NCBI GenBank assembly: GCA_030390025.1
Contig: JASTWF010000036.1
Span: 2,482,001 to 2,546,000, forward strand
Reading direction: 5' to 3'
From: Squalus acanthias
Taxonomy: Eukaryota
DNA length: 64,000 nucleotides
The translations under genes and the position numbers were made by a program. The notes beneath the pieces were generated by a model. It saw only the letters and a program-made list of their open reading frames with translations, was not told where the DNA came from and did not search any database. This document shows positions 53,193-64,000 of the stretch, in pieces. The first letter of the stretch is position 1. Every line of letters begins with the position of its first letter.

Positions 53193-55236
53193 CATGCACC
53201 AAAGCCCAATTTGTTTACATTTTCACTTTTTCAACAAAAAAAAAGATGCGTCATGCATCTCAAATGATTCTGATCACTTCCTGCTTCAATTCAACTTATG
53301 ATCACAACTCTCAATTTGCAAAGAGTTGAAAAGGTGGAGATGTTGGGATGTCCCAATTAACACAGGATATTTGACTGGAATGCTTATAATTTGAATTTTT
53401 CAAAATATTCTGCAAAAGTTTTATATTCAAAGAGTTCAATCTGTGGTTCATTTTTTTCAACTCCATACAAAACAGACTTCATGTAGCAAATTTAAAAAGA
53501 TCATAGTGGTATTAGAGGCTAAAAACGTTACATGGTGTCTATGAAGAGAGAGTTGTGCTGGTTCAATTGTCATAACTTTCAAAAAAAAGCCTTTTTGCAC
53601 ATCAAAGATCCTAACGGCCATCTATTCTGTGAGGTTTCCTCAATAATGCACCCATCATCTGATAAAGGCCAATACTTCTCTCATAAAAGCTCAATATAAA
53701 AATAACACACAAAAGCGTGATAACTTTCGACATGGTTAGATCTCAAAAGGTATGGTTGTTCTCTTTGGTCAAATACAGAAAAGCAATAAAATCCAAGTGT
53801 GGCAGAGGTAGAATAGAGCTGTTCAAAGTGCAAAGAACCCTTGAAGCATCACATAAGGGAGCAAATGTATGACTTCATAGGGAACAACACAAGCAGGTTA
53901 CATTAACATCTCATGCATATCTTTTAAACGCCAAGGCTGAATCAAGAGTACAATTATGTGAAAATGTGAAATACTAAATCTCATGGAAAAATGTATTTTC
54001 TTTGTCAACAATGATCAAAAATGCAGGCAAAAGTCAAAGTAACTTCAAGCCATCTTACCATATTTAAAAAGAGAAGGTAATGTGTGCAGAAACTTTAATA
54101 CCGTAAATCTTTATCTACCATGCAGGTGAATGTTGATAAGAATGGTGACTATTTCATGCGCAGACTTTACAATGATATATTTGGGAATTTATCACATTTG
54201 GCATTACAGGAACTCATTAGTTAATGATAGTCAGTGTAATGTTGAAGAGGAGCTATCAGGTGGGTATGAGCAGTGGAGAAAGCCCAAGGAAAAATCTATC
54301 TTCACTAGCAATCTTTTAATCTTCAATATCAATTTAAAGCTGCTTATTCCAGTGCAATTCTAATTCAACCGTGAAGGTGCCATCTCTGGTCATGCCAATA
54401 TTACACAGATGTAAGGTATTTTAAACTGTGATGTGGGGAATGAGAAACAATACAATTATAATAATTTTCTAAGCTCAGTGGGTGCAAATATGTTAGTGCT
54501 ACAGACTGGGAGATGTGGGCTTGAATCCTATCCTTAACTGACCTTCCGACTTCACTCATTCAGGAACTTCTTACCCTGAGTGACGGAGTGGGTGTACAGT
54601 TTGAAAGAAAGAGAACAACCACTGCATGATTTCCACCTTAAAGTATATTCCAGCACACCTGGCAGTGGATGATCCTGCACAGCACTGAAAGTAGCTGTGA
54701 AGGAGATGCCCATGGTTATTAGTTATGCTTTATTTAAAGCAGCTGTGTTTTCCCCCATTTTTCCCCCTCCTCTCCCTGAAGGCATTGAATCAATCTGGGG
54801 GTACAGTTCCTACAGGCACCAAGCACACTCTGGCACCATGCCCAACTGGCCATTCTTTAATATGTAAACCTAGACGGTAAGCTTCGGCATGCTATGCAGC
54901 TGAGGGGGAACACTGCCAAGCCAAATTCTAACCTCACCTGTCCAGCAAGGGTGGGGGTAGGGGTAGGGAGCCCACTGGATAGCGATCTGGAGGGGCGAGC
55001 CTTGGCTGATGTTTCCCAGTCTTAGCCCAGGGTGCTGAAACCAAATGTAGCACCCCATAGACATATTTTTGGGAAAAGATGAAAATCTTTGGTTTTTCCC
55101 TAATTACCCATTCATGTGTGTATCCAGTGAAATCAAGCAATATCTACCAAGAGGTCCAATTCAAAACATTGGTCAAAATGATAACATTTTAACTCAATGT
55201 AGTGTGAAGCAAGTGAACTGATGAGTTTATCATGCA
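53193..55236 (-). promoter_or_regulatory. Cluster of RBFOX-binding motifs (TGCATG) downstream of exon 5A
   Basis: catgca on the plus strand (TGCATG in the pre-mRNA) at 55231, 54119, 53912, 53252 and 53193. Confidence 0.5.
54760..55056 (-). mobile_element. tRNA-derived SINE-like repeat, family unassigned (copy 4), about 250 nt downstream of exon 5A
   Basis: ggggtacagttcc ... cccaactggccattctt ... cactggatagcgatc ... ccttggctgat ... gaaaccaaatgtagcaccc. Confidence 0.55.
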
Positions 55237-55286
55237 ATATAAATGTGTTAAAAGATATTTGTACCATAAGGGAAAAGTCAGCCTTA

Positions 55287-55475
<189 letters not shown>

Positions 55476-55500
55476 CTAACACCAATCACAGACTTCTTAC

Positions 55501-55592
55501 CTGGAATTACAGAAATAGTTTTCAAAGCTCTCAATACTCTGAAAGTGCGAAGAGCTGAAACATTGCCTAGGTTTACAAATTCTGTTACATAC
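55501..55592 (-). CDS. SCN8A: SCN8A exon 5N (Asn variant, DI S3-S4), 92 bp, alternative
   Basis: ttaattctgcag|GTATGTAACAGAATTTGTAAACCTAGGC...GTAATTCCAG|gtaaga. Encodes [31 protein letters not shown]. Not in the ORF track; read directly from the sequence. Confidence 0.93.
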
Positions 55593-57311
55593 CTGCAGAA
55601 TTAAATCACAGTTATTTGTGGTTATATTTTAACCCTTTGAGGACCATGGCAACATTTTGCACCAGTCAAAGTAACGTTTATCAAATAATTATTTTTTAAA
55701 AATTAAAAATTGTGTCTTTCATTATGTGCATGCTTTGTTCATCATGTTTTGGTGGGTCCACTGGCCAGTGACGGACCACTGACCTATATTTTAAAAAAAT
55801 GCCAACCTGCAAATATGCGAGTCACTTTCGAGATAATCTGCTTTTTCATTCTTTCATTTATCTTATGAAAATTTCAATTCTTTTTCCACTAAGAAACAAT
55901 TTTGTAAGATTTTGAACCCGTATTTCCCCACAGTGGTATCCTGACTGTAGGTTTGTCTTCACATGCCACAACTTCATGGAACTCCTAGATTCCATCTTTA
56001 GCATCATCATTGTAGTCCAATCAATCAGCTTGCCTCATCATTCAACTAATGTTCTGGACCCAGATAGATCCAGTCATTTTCTTCCTGTCACAGTGTCAAG
56101 CTTTTACACCCATAGTGCTTCGGAGTTTCTCAGCTTATAAACCTGTCCCTGGATTCTGGACAAAGATCTTTTGCATCCATGATTGCAAGTACTTAACTAC
56201 TGTGATCCTTTTTTCCAAGGAGAAAGAATCCGGGTTCTGGAGCACTTCTTTAAGTCCATGTATCATCCTTGTTCTTCATCTTTGTACCATTTCCAATTTC
56301 CATGTGTATTTTTTCTGCATGAGGCTAGAAATTACTACTGGCAATAACAACAGACAAATGCTTAAAATAGCAGACAGAGGAATGTCATATCTGGTAATAT
56401 GGCAACAGTAATTTCTAGCCTATAGTGACCAAAGCTGGATAAAGTACTTTGAATGTTGCCTCATCAAAGCCTTACACAGCTGCTGTGAATTTATCCAAAC
56501 ATCCCCAATTGCTGGCACACAATAGGACAATGATAGCAATGTTCGTTCAAATATCACATACAAGTTCTCCTCCTGCTTCACCATGTTGAATAATATTCCC
56601 TCGATTACATAAATAGGTCTACTATTTTTAGCACAAATGTGTATTAACATTGAATTTCACTATTAAATAACACATTTATATCTTCAGTTACTCAATTTCT
56701 GTAAATATCTTTCTCCATAGAACATCTAGCTTTCCTACATGTTTTGGTACTATCCACAAACATACACATTCTACTTACAATTCACTCATCAAATTAATCA
56801 AAGCTGCGATTCCAGAATTGATCCCTGGAAGACCCCAATGGTCCCTGCAACCACTGCTAGCTAACAATATTGATAACTACCCTCTGCTTCCAGTTGTCAT
56901 TGATCTAATGAGCTTTCACTTTAGCCGTATGTCTCTTATGCGGAACTTTAAAGTTTTTTCCAATGTCAAGGCATATGATATTAAGCACATTGTCCTTTTT
57001 TGCAGGTTTGGGTAGTTCCTCATAGAAGTCCAGTAAATTCTTTAGGCCCATCCTTGTAAACTGGACAGTTCTATATAACAAAGTCAACACCAGCCTCCTA
57101 GCTATACCATGTCTGTTAACTACCTCCAGTTCAGCTAATAAGATGGCAGATGTATTGGTGTAGCTGGTCATGCTTTTTCCTATGGCAGATTCAACTACCA
57201 AGGCCTGAAAGTAAAACTTGTTTTAAATATTGTGTTTCTTTGAACACTTAGTAAATAAGTTGTTTTTGACTTCCTGCATATTTACATTTAGAAAATCTGA
57301 AGTTTAGGTAT

Positions 57312-58276
57312 ATTTATGAAAGGGAAATCATGTTTGACAAACCTACTGGAGTTTTTTGAGGATGTAACTGGTAGAAGAGATAAGGGAGATCCAGTGGATG
57401 TGGTGTATTTGGATTTTCAAAAGGCCTTTGATAAAGTCCCACATAAGAGGTTAGTGTGCAAAATTAAAGCACATGGGATTGGGGGTAATATACTGGCATG
57501 GATTGAAAATTGGTTAACAGACAGAAAACAGAGTATAGGAATAAATGGGTCTTTTTCGGGGTGGCAGGCGGTAACTAGTGGGGTGCCGCAGGGATCAGTG
57601 CTTGGGCCCCAGCTATTCACAATACATGTCAATGATTTGGATGAGGGAACCAAATGTAATATTTCCAAGTTTGCTGACGACACAAAACTAGGTGGAATTG
57701 AGAGTTGTGAGGAGGATGCAAAGAGGCTTCAAGGCGATTTAGACAAGTTGAGTGAGTGGGCAAATACATGGCAGATGCAGTATAACATGGATAAATGTGA
57801 AGTTATCCACTTCGGTAGGAAAAACAGAAAGGCAGAGTATTATTTAAATGGTGATAGATTGGGGAATGTTGATGTACAAAGGGACCTGGGTGTCCTTGTA
57901 CACCAGTCACTGAAAGCAACCATGCAGGTGCAGCAAGCAGTTAGGAAGGCAAATGGTATGTTGGCCTTCATTGCAAGAGGATTTGAGTACAGGAGCAAGG
58001 ATGTCTTACTACAGTTATACAGGGCCTTGGTGAGACCACACCTGGAGTACTGTGTGCAGTTTTGGTCTCCTTACCTAAGAAAGGATATACTTGCCATAGA
58101 GGGAGTGCAGCGAAGGTTCACCAGAGTGATTCCTGGGATGGCAGGACTGTTGTATGAGGAGAGATTGGGTCGACTAGGCCTTGTATTCACTAGAGTTTAG
58201 AAGAATGAGAGGGGATCTCATTGAAACGTATAAAATTCTGACAGGGCTAGACAGACTGGATGCAGGGAGGATGTTT
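57312..58276 (+). mobile_element. CR1 RT fragment lacking both 5' and 3' ends
   Basis: 294-aa ORF 57316..58200 with RT motifs. Homology stops at gggaggatgttt, before the 3' UTR. Confidence 0.92.
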
Positions 58277-60179
58277 CATATTATGGAAATATTGTGATAT
58301 ATCAGTAAAAGTTCTGTACATCTTCTAGGTATAAAAGGAAGTTCTACATTGTGTTTCTCTTCCTGCCTGGAAACAATTTTTGCTTGCATGCCTTGGTAGA
58401 TGAATCTACCATAGGAAAAAGCATTTGTTATTCTCAGATTCTCTGCTGAAATTGGGCGATTAGCACTACATTTCGTGAGAAAAAGAGCTGAAACACCTAC
58501 ATGTTGAGAAATAGCAACCGGAGGGAAAAGGGCCGTATTTGAACCTCTATATTTCATTTCTTCATGTGTCAGCCTCTGATCCTAGAACCATCATTCCAGA
58601 TCTTGTCTGGTTCCCATTTTCTGCAGCAGCTTAGAGGAGTGACTTTATCTGACATTTAGGGGCATCTGTCTGTAAATTTTGTTTCCTTTCTCATCATTCA
58701 GATATTCCGGAAGAGCGTCTTGGCAATGCCTCTGATATTCCTATAGGTTTCCTGCAATTATTCTTGTCCTTTTACAGCTATTCTTCATATACTATTCGGC
58801 CAGAAACTTGGAATAAATTTCCTTGGGCAGCTGCTGTTGAAATTTCTCAGCTTCAAGACATTGGCTGCTGTCAACCATCAATTCTATCAACGGGATTGTA
58901 GAATAGACTTCACATTGTTCGGAAACATTTTCAACTTGGTGTTCCTGTTGTACATGATGGATTTCTGTACTAGCTTTAGCATATTGAAAGCAATTTTTGC
59001 CTTGATGTCCTCATTGGCACCACCAGAGCCCTGACTATAACTCTGAGATAGCAAAACCCTCTACTTCCCAAGTTGGCATCTGCTGATAATAGATGAGGAA
59101 AGCATTTCATGCATATCCCTCAAATGGGCACCAATTGGCAGGAGTGTGAGGAGACCTCACCCAACACCAAAATGAATTGTTGTGAAACTGCCAAACAAAT
59201 CAAGCTGGTGAAAGTGGATGGAAGCACAGGAAGTCACACAAGAGCCAGCTAGATGAAGGAACCTGGTTGCAATCGTATGCGCCACTGGGCAAGAAAATAA
59301 AATCGTTGCCTTGTCCCTCAATTTATGTCTAATATTTCTTGCGAGGGTTCCAGAAATCCAAACTCCTTTGACGTGTCTCCTCTGGTCCTATGCTCATTGG
59401 ACATGTTGAATAGCTTTCATTATTTAAAGACCTATATTGTATCTCCCTTGTAGCAGTTACTCTTCAGCAACTTTAAGAAATCACAATTAATATATTTTAT
59501 TGTTCCAATAATGCTGCTTGGCAAAATTCACTAAATATGCTGAACTTTAGAACATAATGCACGGCCTCTTCTGGTCTCAATGAGAAACACATGTCAAGCT
59601 TGCTTCTCTTTTTGTCCTGTCCTTGGTTTCAGAAGATGTGGAGTTGTAAATAGCTGTGATGCTAGCTCATAGTGTTCTACAAGTAATAAAGCTGTCTCCT
59701 AAAATTTGCTGTCATGATTCAACTGTTTGGGCAAGATTTCCATATATTTAGTCAGGTATGGCCAATCCATCCCTCTGCTGCATTATGGTGGAATCTTACT
59801 TCAAAAGAGCTTTTCGAAATCTAAATGTATTGCTGGCAACAATTTATTCTACCAAATTCCTACTTGATTCATTGAATACTAATATACACACACCTTCTTC
59901 TATTATAATAGGGGGAAGATTTCCTCCGTTTGTTATTTGCAATGAAACCATAAACACATGTACAAAAGTATAAGCATATTCTTACTACAAATAGCATTCA
60001 GAGGAAATCTTTTCTTCTATTTATTCCTCTCTTACTCAGTGGTGAACACTTAAGGACTGTTGTAATGTGTTTTTGGAAAGTCAGTGGAAGTTAGTAAAGT
60101 GTCTGTTAGTTATATATCCCAAGTTTTAAACAATCATTTGTCAATCCACCAAATGATCATTTGTTATAGATTTGTGATT

Positions 60180-60562
60180 GGGCAAAATCAGTGCAACACC
60201 AAAGCCCGACTGCAATTTTAACCCGAGGCCTGTGGCTTCCACGTCAGGCAATTTGGCACCAAGAGGAGCCGGGGCCAGATTTTATTTATTTTTTTGGTTT
60301 CCTTAAGGGCCAGGTGGAGCAGGAATGCTCCTCTAAGCCCCACAAGGAAAGCTTGGGTCTGCCCTGCCCCATTGTTCCCTCCTCCAACCGCAATGCCCTC
60401 CTGACCCACCCCACCCAACTACTTACCCGTGTGCCGGGAACCGTTCCTTCAGGTCCCCTGAAATCCTGCTCTTGCCTGCTGGCCAGTTAGTGCTTTCTGC
60501 TGGGTTCGGGCAGGAGACTGACAGGGCCCATGCAGATGAGGCCCGGAAGTTAAAATTGGGGC
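60180..60562 (-). mobile_element. Decayed GC-rich MITE-like element
   Basis: Shares gagca....tgctcctc...gccc and acttacc with the 38 kb element. Ends in gttaaaattggggc. Confidence 0.45.
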
Positions 60563-62137
60563 TTCAATCTCAAATCATTCCTTGTAGGCTAATTCTCTGC
60601 TGTCATAGAGTATGTCAGTCTCTCATAATATGCTATGTCAAGATACCTTGTTCTTCCCTTTGATGTTGAATTTGTCCTTTTTCAATGCCATATTTTGGAT
60701 AGAATGGAGTCCAAAGAAGTCCTAAAATATTCTTGACAAATAACATCTCTAGAGACTCCCAAACTTATTTTAAGTTCTTCCCAGAATTGCTGATCCTTGT
60801 AGATTAAAAACTGCCTCTTCTACATGGAACTCCAGCTAAACCTCATTACTTTTTCGTTCAGGGTGCTTTTCTTGCATGTCATCTGTAGTTGCAAGTTTCT
60901 ACTTCAGTAAGCCCGTTATGTGGCTCTAACTTTGTGTCCACAAATATTGATAAGATTCTTCAGTGAAGTATTCATTGGTTCTTCAGCAAAAAACGGGAAG
61001 GAAGGAATTCAAAGCAAGGTGCCCTCTGTGACAGGGCGACCGGTCAGTCAGGGGTCAATCACTGGCTAGTCCTTGAACTAAACAAACCATGTACATGCAA
61101 GATGAACAAGACAAGTTTGATGCAGCAACTTGCCACTAGCATTAAATAGAAGTTCGGTTTCCTATTCTTGTGTTACCTATTCCATGATAAATACTGCTTA
61201 CGTTCTAAATTAGTTTTCATTTCCCTTTGTGAAAGAGAGTATCATCCTTGTGGACAAAGAACATGTTAAGGTGCTGCATGGTGCAATATTCCAGATCAGC
61301 ACTCAAAGGGTTAACAATTGTGGTTATTCTTTTCACTCAAACACTGCTTACGCGGTTATCTGTAAAATGTCAGACGTGTCAACAATTCATTTTCTGTTCA
61401 AAAGGTGTTTAGCAATCTGAATTATTCGGGATTCAAGCAGATGAATTTGCTGAATCAGTGTCAGATAAATCCAACAGAAAGGAACAGGGACATCAATAGA
61501 TAAAGAGCAACAGATAATGTTGTACGTCACCTGTCAGCATAGAACCATACATGAGATCTGCAATAACATAATACTCGTGGACTGACGAGTACCAGTATCA
61601 ATGCCAGTATCACCACATCTGTGTAGGTTAAGCAGGCCAGGTTGCTAAACACTTTTCATTATTTGTATTAAATATTGTAACCTTTACATCTTCATGACCA
61701 TCTCTAGGCTTCCAAGTCCAGTTTAGTTCAACAGAAATCCTGTCGGGTAAAATTAGATCCATATAACATAGAGCTAGTGTCAGTACTCGTATTAGTCAGT
61801 TTTGAAATCTTGCAAGTAGCGTAACTGCTGTCTCAGCAAACTTTGTATAGGTCAACTCATCATCATCTGCAACCCTTAAACTGGAGGTATAGCAAAAATT
61901 TTCATTGCGAATTAGGCTGCCTTAAACATTTGGAGGTTTTGTAATGTTACTGAAAGCAATCAGTATATTATAAAATTGAAAAGAAGTGTTTAAATATATA
62001 TTAGTTGACTGTTAAATGAAAATACTCGAAGTTTCATGCAAATTAAAACATCAAATTTTAGTTATGTATTTGAGTCATTAAAGTATAAATATTTTCTGAA
62101 TCACAAACTACAGAATCTAGAGATTAGAAATTACTTA

Positions 62138-62485
<348 letters not shown>

Positions 62486-62899
62486 CTTACAGCAACATTG
62501 TGAGAATATCAGCAGTGACAGTCATCAACAGCATTTTTGTTGTTCTGTTTTAGGTTCTATTATGCAAACATCTTGAAAACATTTTGAAAAATAAAATGAA
62601 AAATACATAAAATATGAAAATACACAATGGGCACATTCTAAAGCACTGCTCTGGAGACACTCAGCAGGTTTGAGTCAAACCATGGCTAAGGCTAAGGGCT
62701 TGAAGAGGTCTGTTGAATATGCTGTAGAAATTAATTCCATTTCCAAATGAATAAAGGATTTTAAAAAGTTCAAAGTCTTCTACTTGTCACCGGACATCAT
62801 GATCGCTACTGGAAGTTACCATTCACTGTCTTGCTCCTGCCAGGGACGGCAGCATCCTGAAGGTTAAGCCACATGTATCTCTGTATGCTTCTTTATCTT

Positions 62900-63270
62900 C
62901 TCCATTTTCTCCCTGCAGGTGCTGGGGTACAGTTCTACGGGTCCCAGAAGCTCTCCGTTATCTCCCACAAGTGCAAATGGCCATTCTTCACGTATAAATC
63001 TGACAAAAAGCATCTTCAAACTATTTTACCATGGGGGGGGGGGGGGGGGGGGTGGCGGGCATCACCAGTGAGTCCAATCACATGGTCCAACACACTTTCC
63101 AGCAGAGATCACTGAATAGTGTTCAGGATTGGAAACCTTGGTTGATTTTTTTCGCCCCTCCCAAGTCGAGAGGCAAGGGGCCTATGGGGCCCCTATCATT
63201 CTGGCTATCAGCTAACTCAGCACAAAGCAGAAATTGAACCAGATACTTTCCTGGTCTGCATGGTTCAGTT
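62900..63270 (-). mobile_element. tRNA-derived SINE-like repeat, family unassigned (copy 5)
   Basis: gctggggtacagttc ... tggccattcttca ... atcagctaactcagcacaaagcagaaattgaaccag (B-box-like GGTTCAA on the minus strand). Confidence 0.55.
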
Positions 63271-63479
63271 CATTAAGTCATCAGATAAGCTGTGTCTATA
63301 TTCTGAAGATGAACACCAAACAGTGTTCAGTTCTATAACAGTTTTAAATAACCTGAAGCACAGGGGGGTAAAAACATCCAGGGCTTTACTGCATACAAAA
63401 ACTATGCTATGAACATGGCTTGTCACACAAGGACAAGATAACTTATTTCACTTGCTGTCTATGAGAAGGGTTCCCTCAA

Positions 63480-63531
63480 AACTGATCCTTGTCCCTATAA
63501 TGGATAACTGATCCTTGTCCCTATAATGGAT
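63480..63531 (+). repeat. Perfect 26-bp tandem duplication
   Basis: aactgatccttgtccctataatggat x2. Confidence 0.95.
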
Positions 63532-64000
63532 AATGTTACTCAGGTTTCTAGAGATCATAAATCTCTACTTACTATATTTGCATATCTTTGCATTGCACAA
63601 GTTACTGCCACTAGTATGTCACAGCCAAGAAGTGGTTACACACAGTATTTTAGAAAGCCCAGTTCATTAATGATGCTGCCGTCTAGTTCCTTGAATTCTA
63701 TTAAAAATTATAATCTGCTGTAATACATGGGATCAAAAGTCCAAATTCAAAATACATCTCATGTATTTTTCAAGATGAATGGGATCTTTGGGATTATTTT
63801 ATGCTTCTAAGTAATTCAATTCAATTTAATTCACTCTTTAACAGATATTCTTAATGGTTTGGCACCTAATTTACTCATATTTGTTCTCCATGCCAGGTTA
63901 TTGTACCATTATGGACAACTACTATGTCTGCATATCTGCAGTTTATGCTCAACAGCACATGCATATCTGAAAGATTCTAGCTTGGGAAAAGCATGCATTT

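Noticed and set aside
58280..61000. Coding-like decayed sequence on the minus strand, possibly an LTR-element or LINE remnant
   Set aside because: No motif could be read with confidence; needs a translated profile search.
63480..63531. 26-bp repeat as a CRISPR-like array
   Set aside because: Only two adjacent copies with no spacer; a simple tandem duplication.

Overview
Vertebrate genomic DNA, most likely from a shark or other cartilaginous fish. That is an inference from the repeat content: abundant CR1 and L2 LINEs, a V-domain HE1-type SINE, Deu-domain SINEs and Penelope-derived hairpins. The whole 64 kb lies inside one minus-strand gene, a voltage-gated sodium channel alpha subunit that best matches SCN8A/Nav1.6. 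Seven exons encoding domain I (S2 through S6 and the start of loop 1) have exact GT-AG boundaries: exon 4 (62139-62267), tandem duplicated exons 5N (55501-55592) and 5A (55307-55398), exon 6 (45935-46162), exon 7 (36574-36637), exon 8 (18066-18207) and exon 9 (11547-11753). They splice in frame if one exon 5 is used. The introns are filled with nested retroelements, PIF/Harbinger-type MITEs and a decayed Gypsy element. Most notable: (1) a TSD-flanked 83-bp hairpin whose centre holds an intact minimal hammerhead-ribozyme core of the Penelope type (6060-6096); (2) the 5N/5A switch, with five RBFOX motifs (TGCATG) downstream; (3) Harbinger MITEs with clean 3-bp TSDs, plus a related GC-rich family carrying consensus 5' splice sites in the sense of the host gene. 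Family and orthology assignments come from motif recognition and recall, not database searches.
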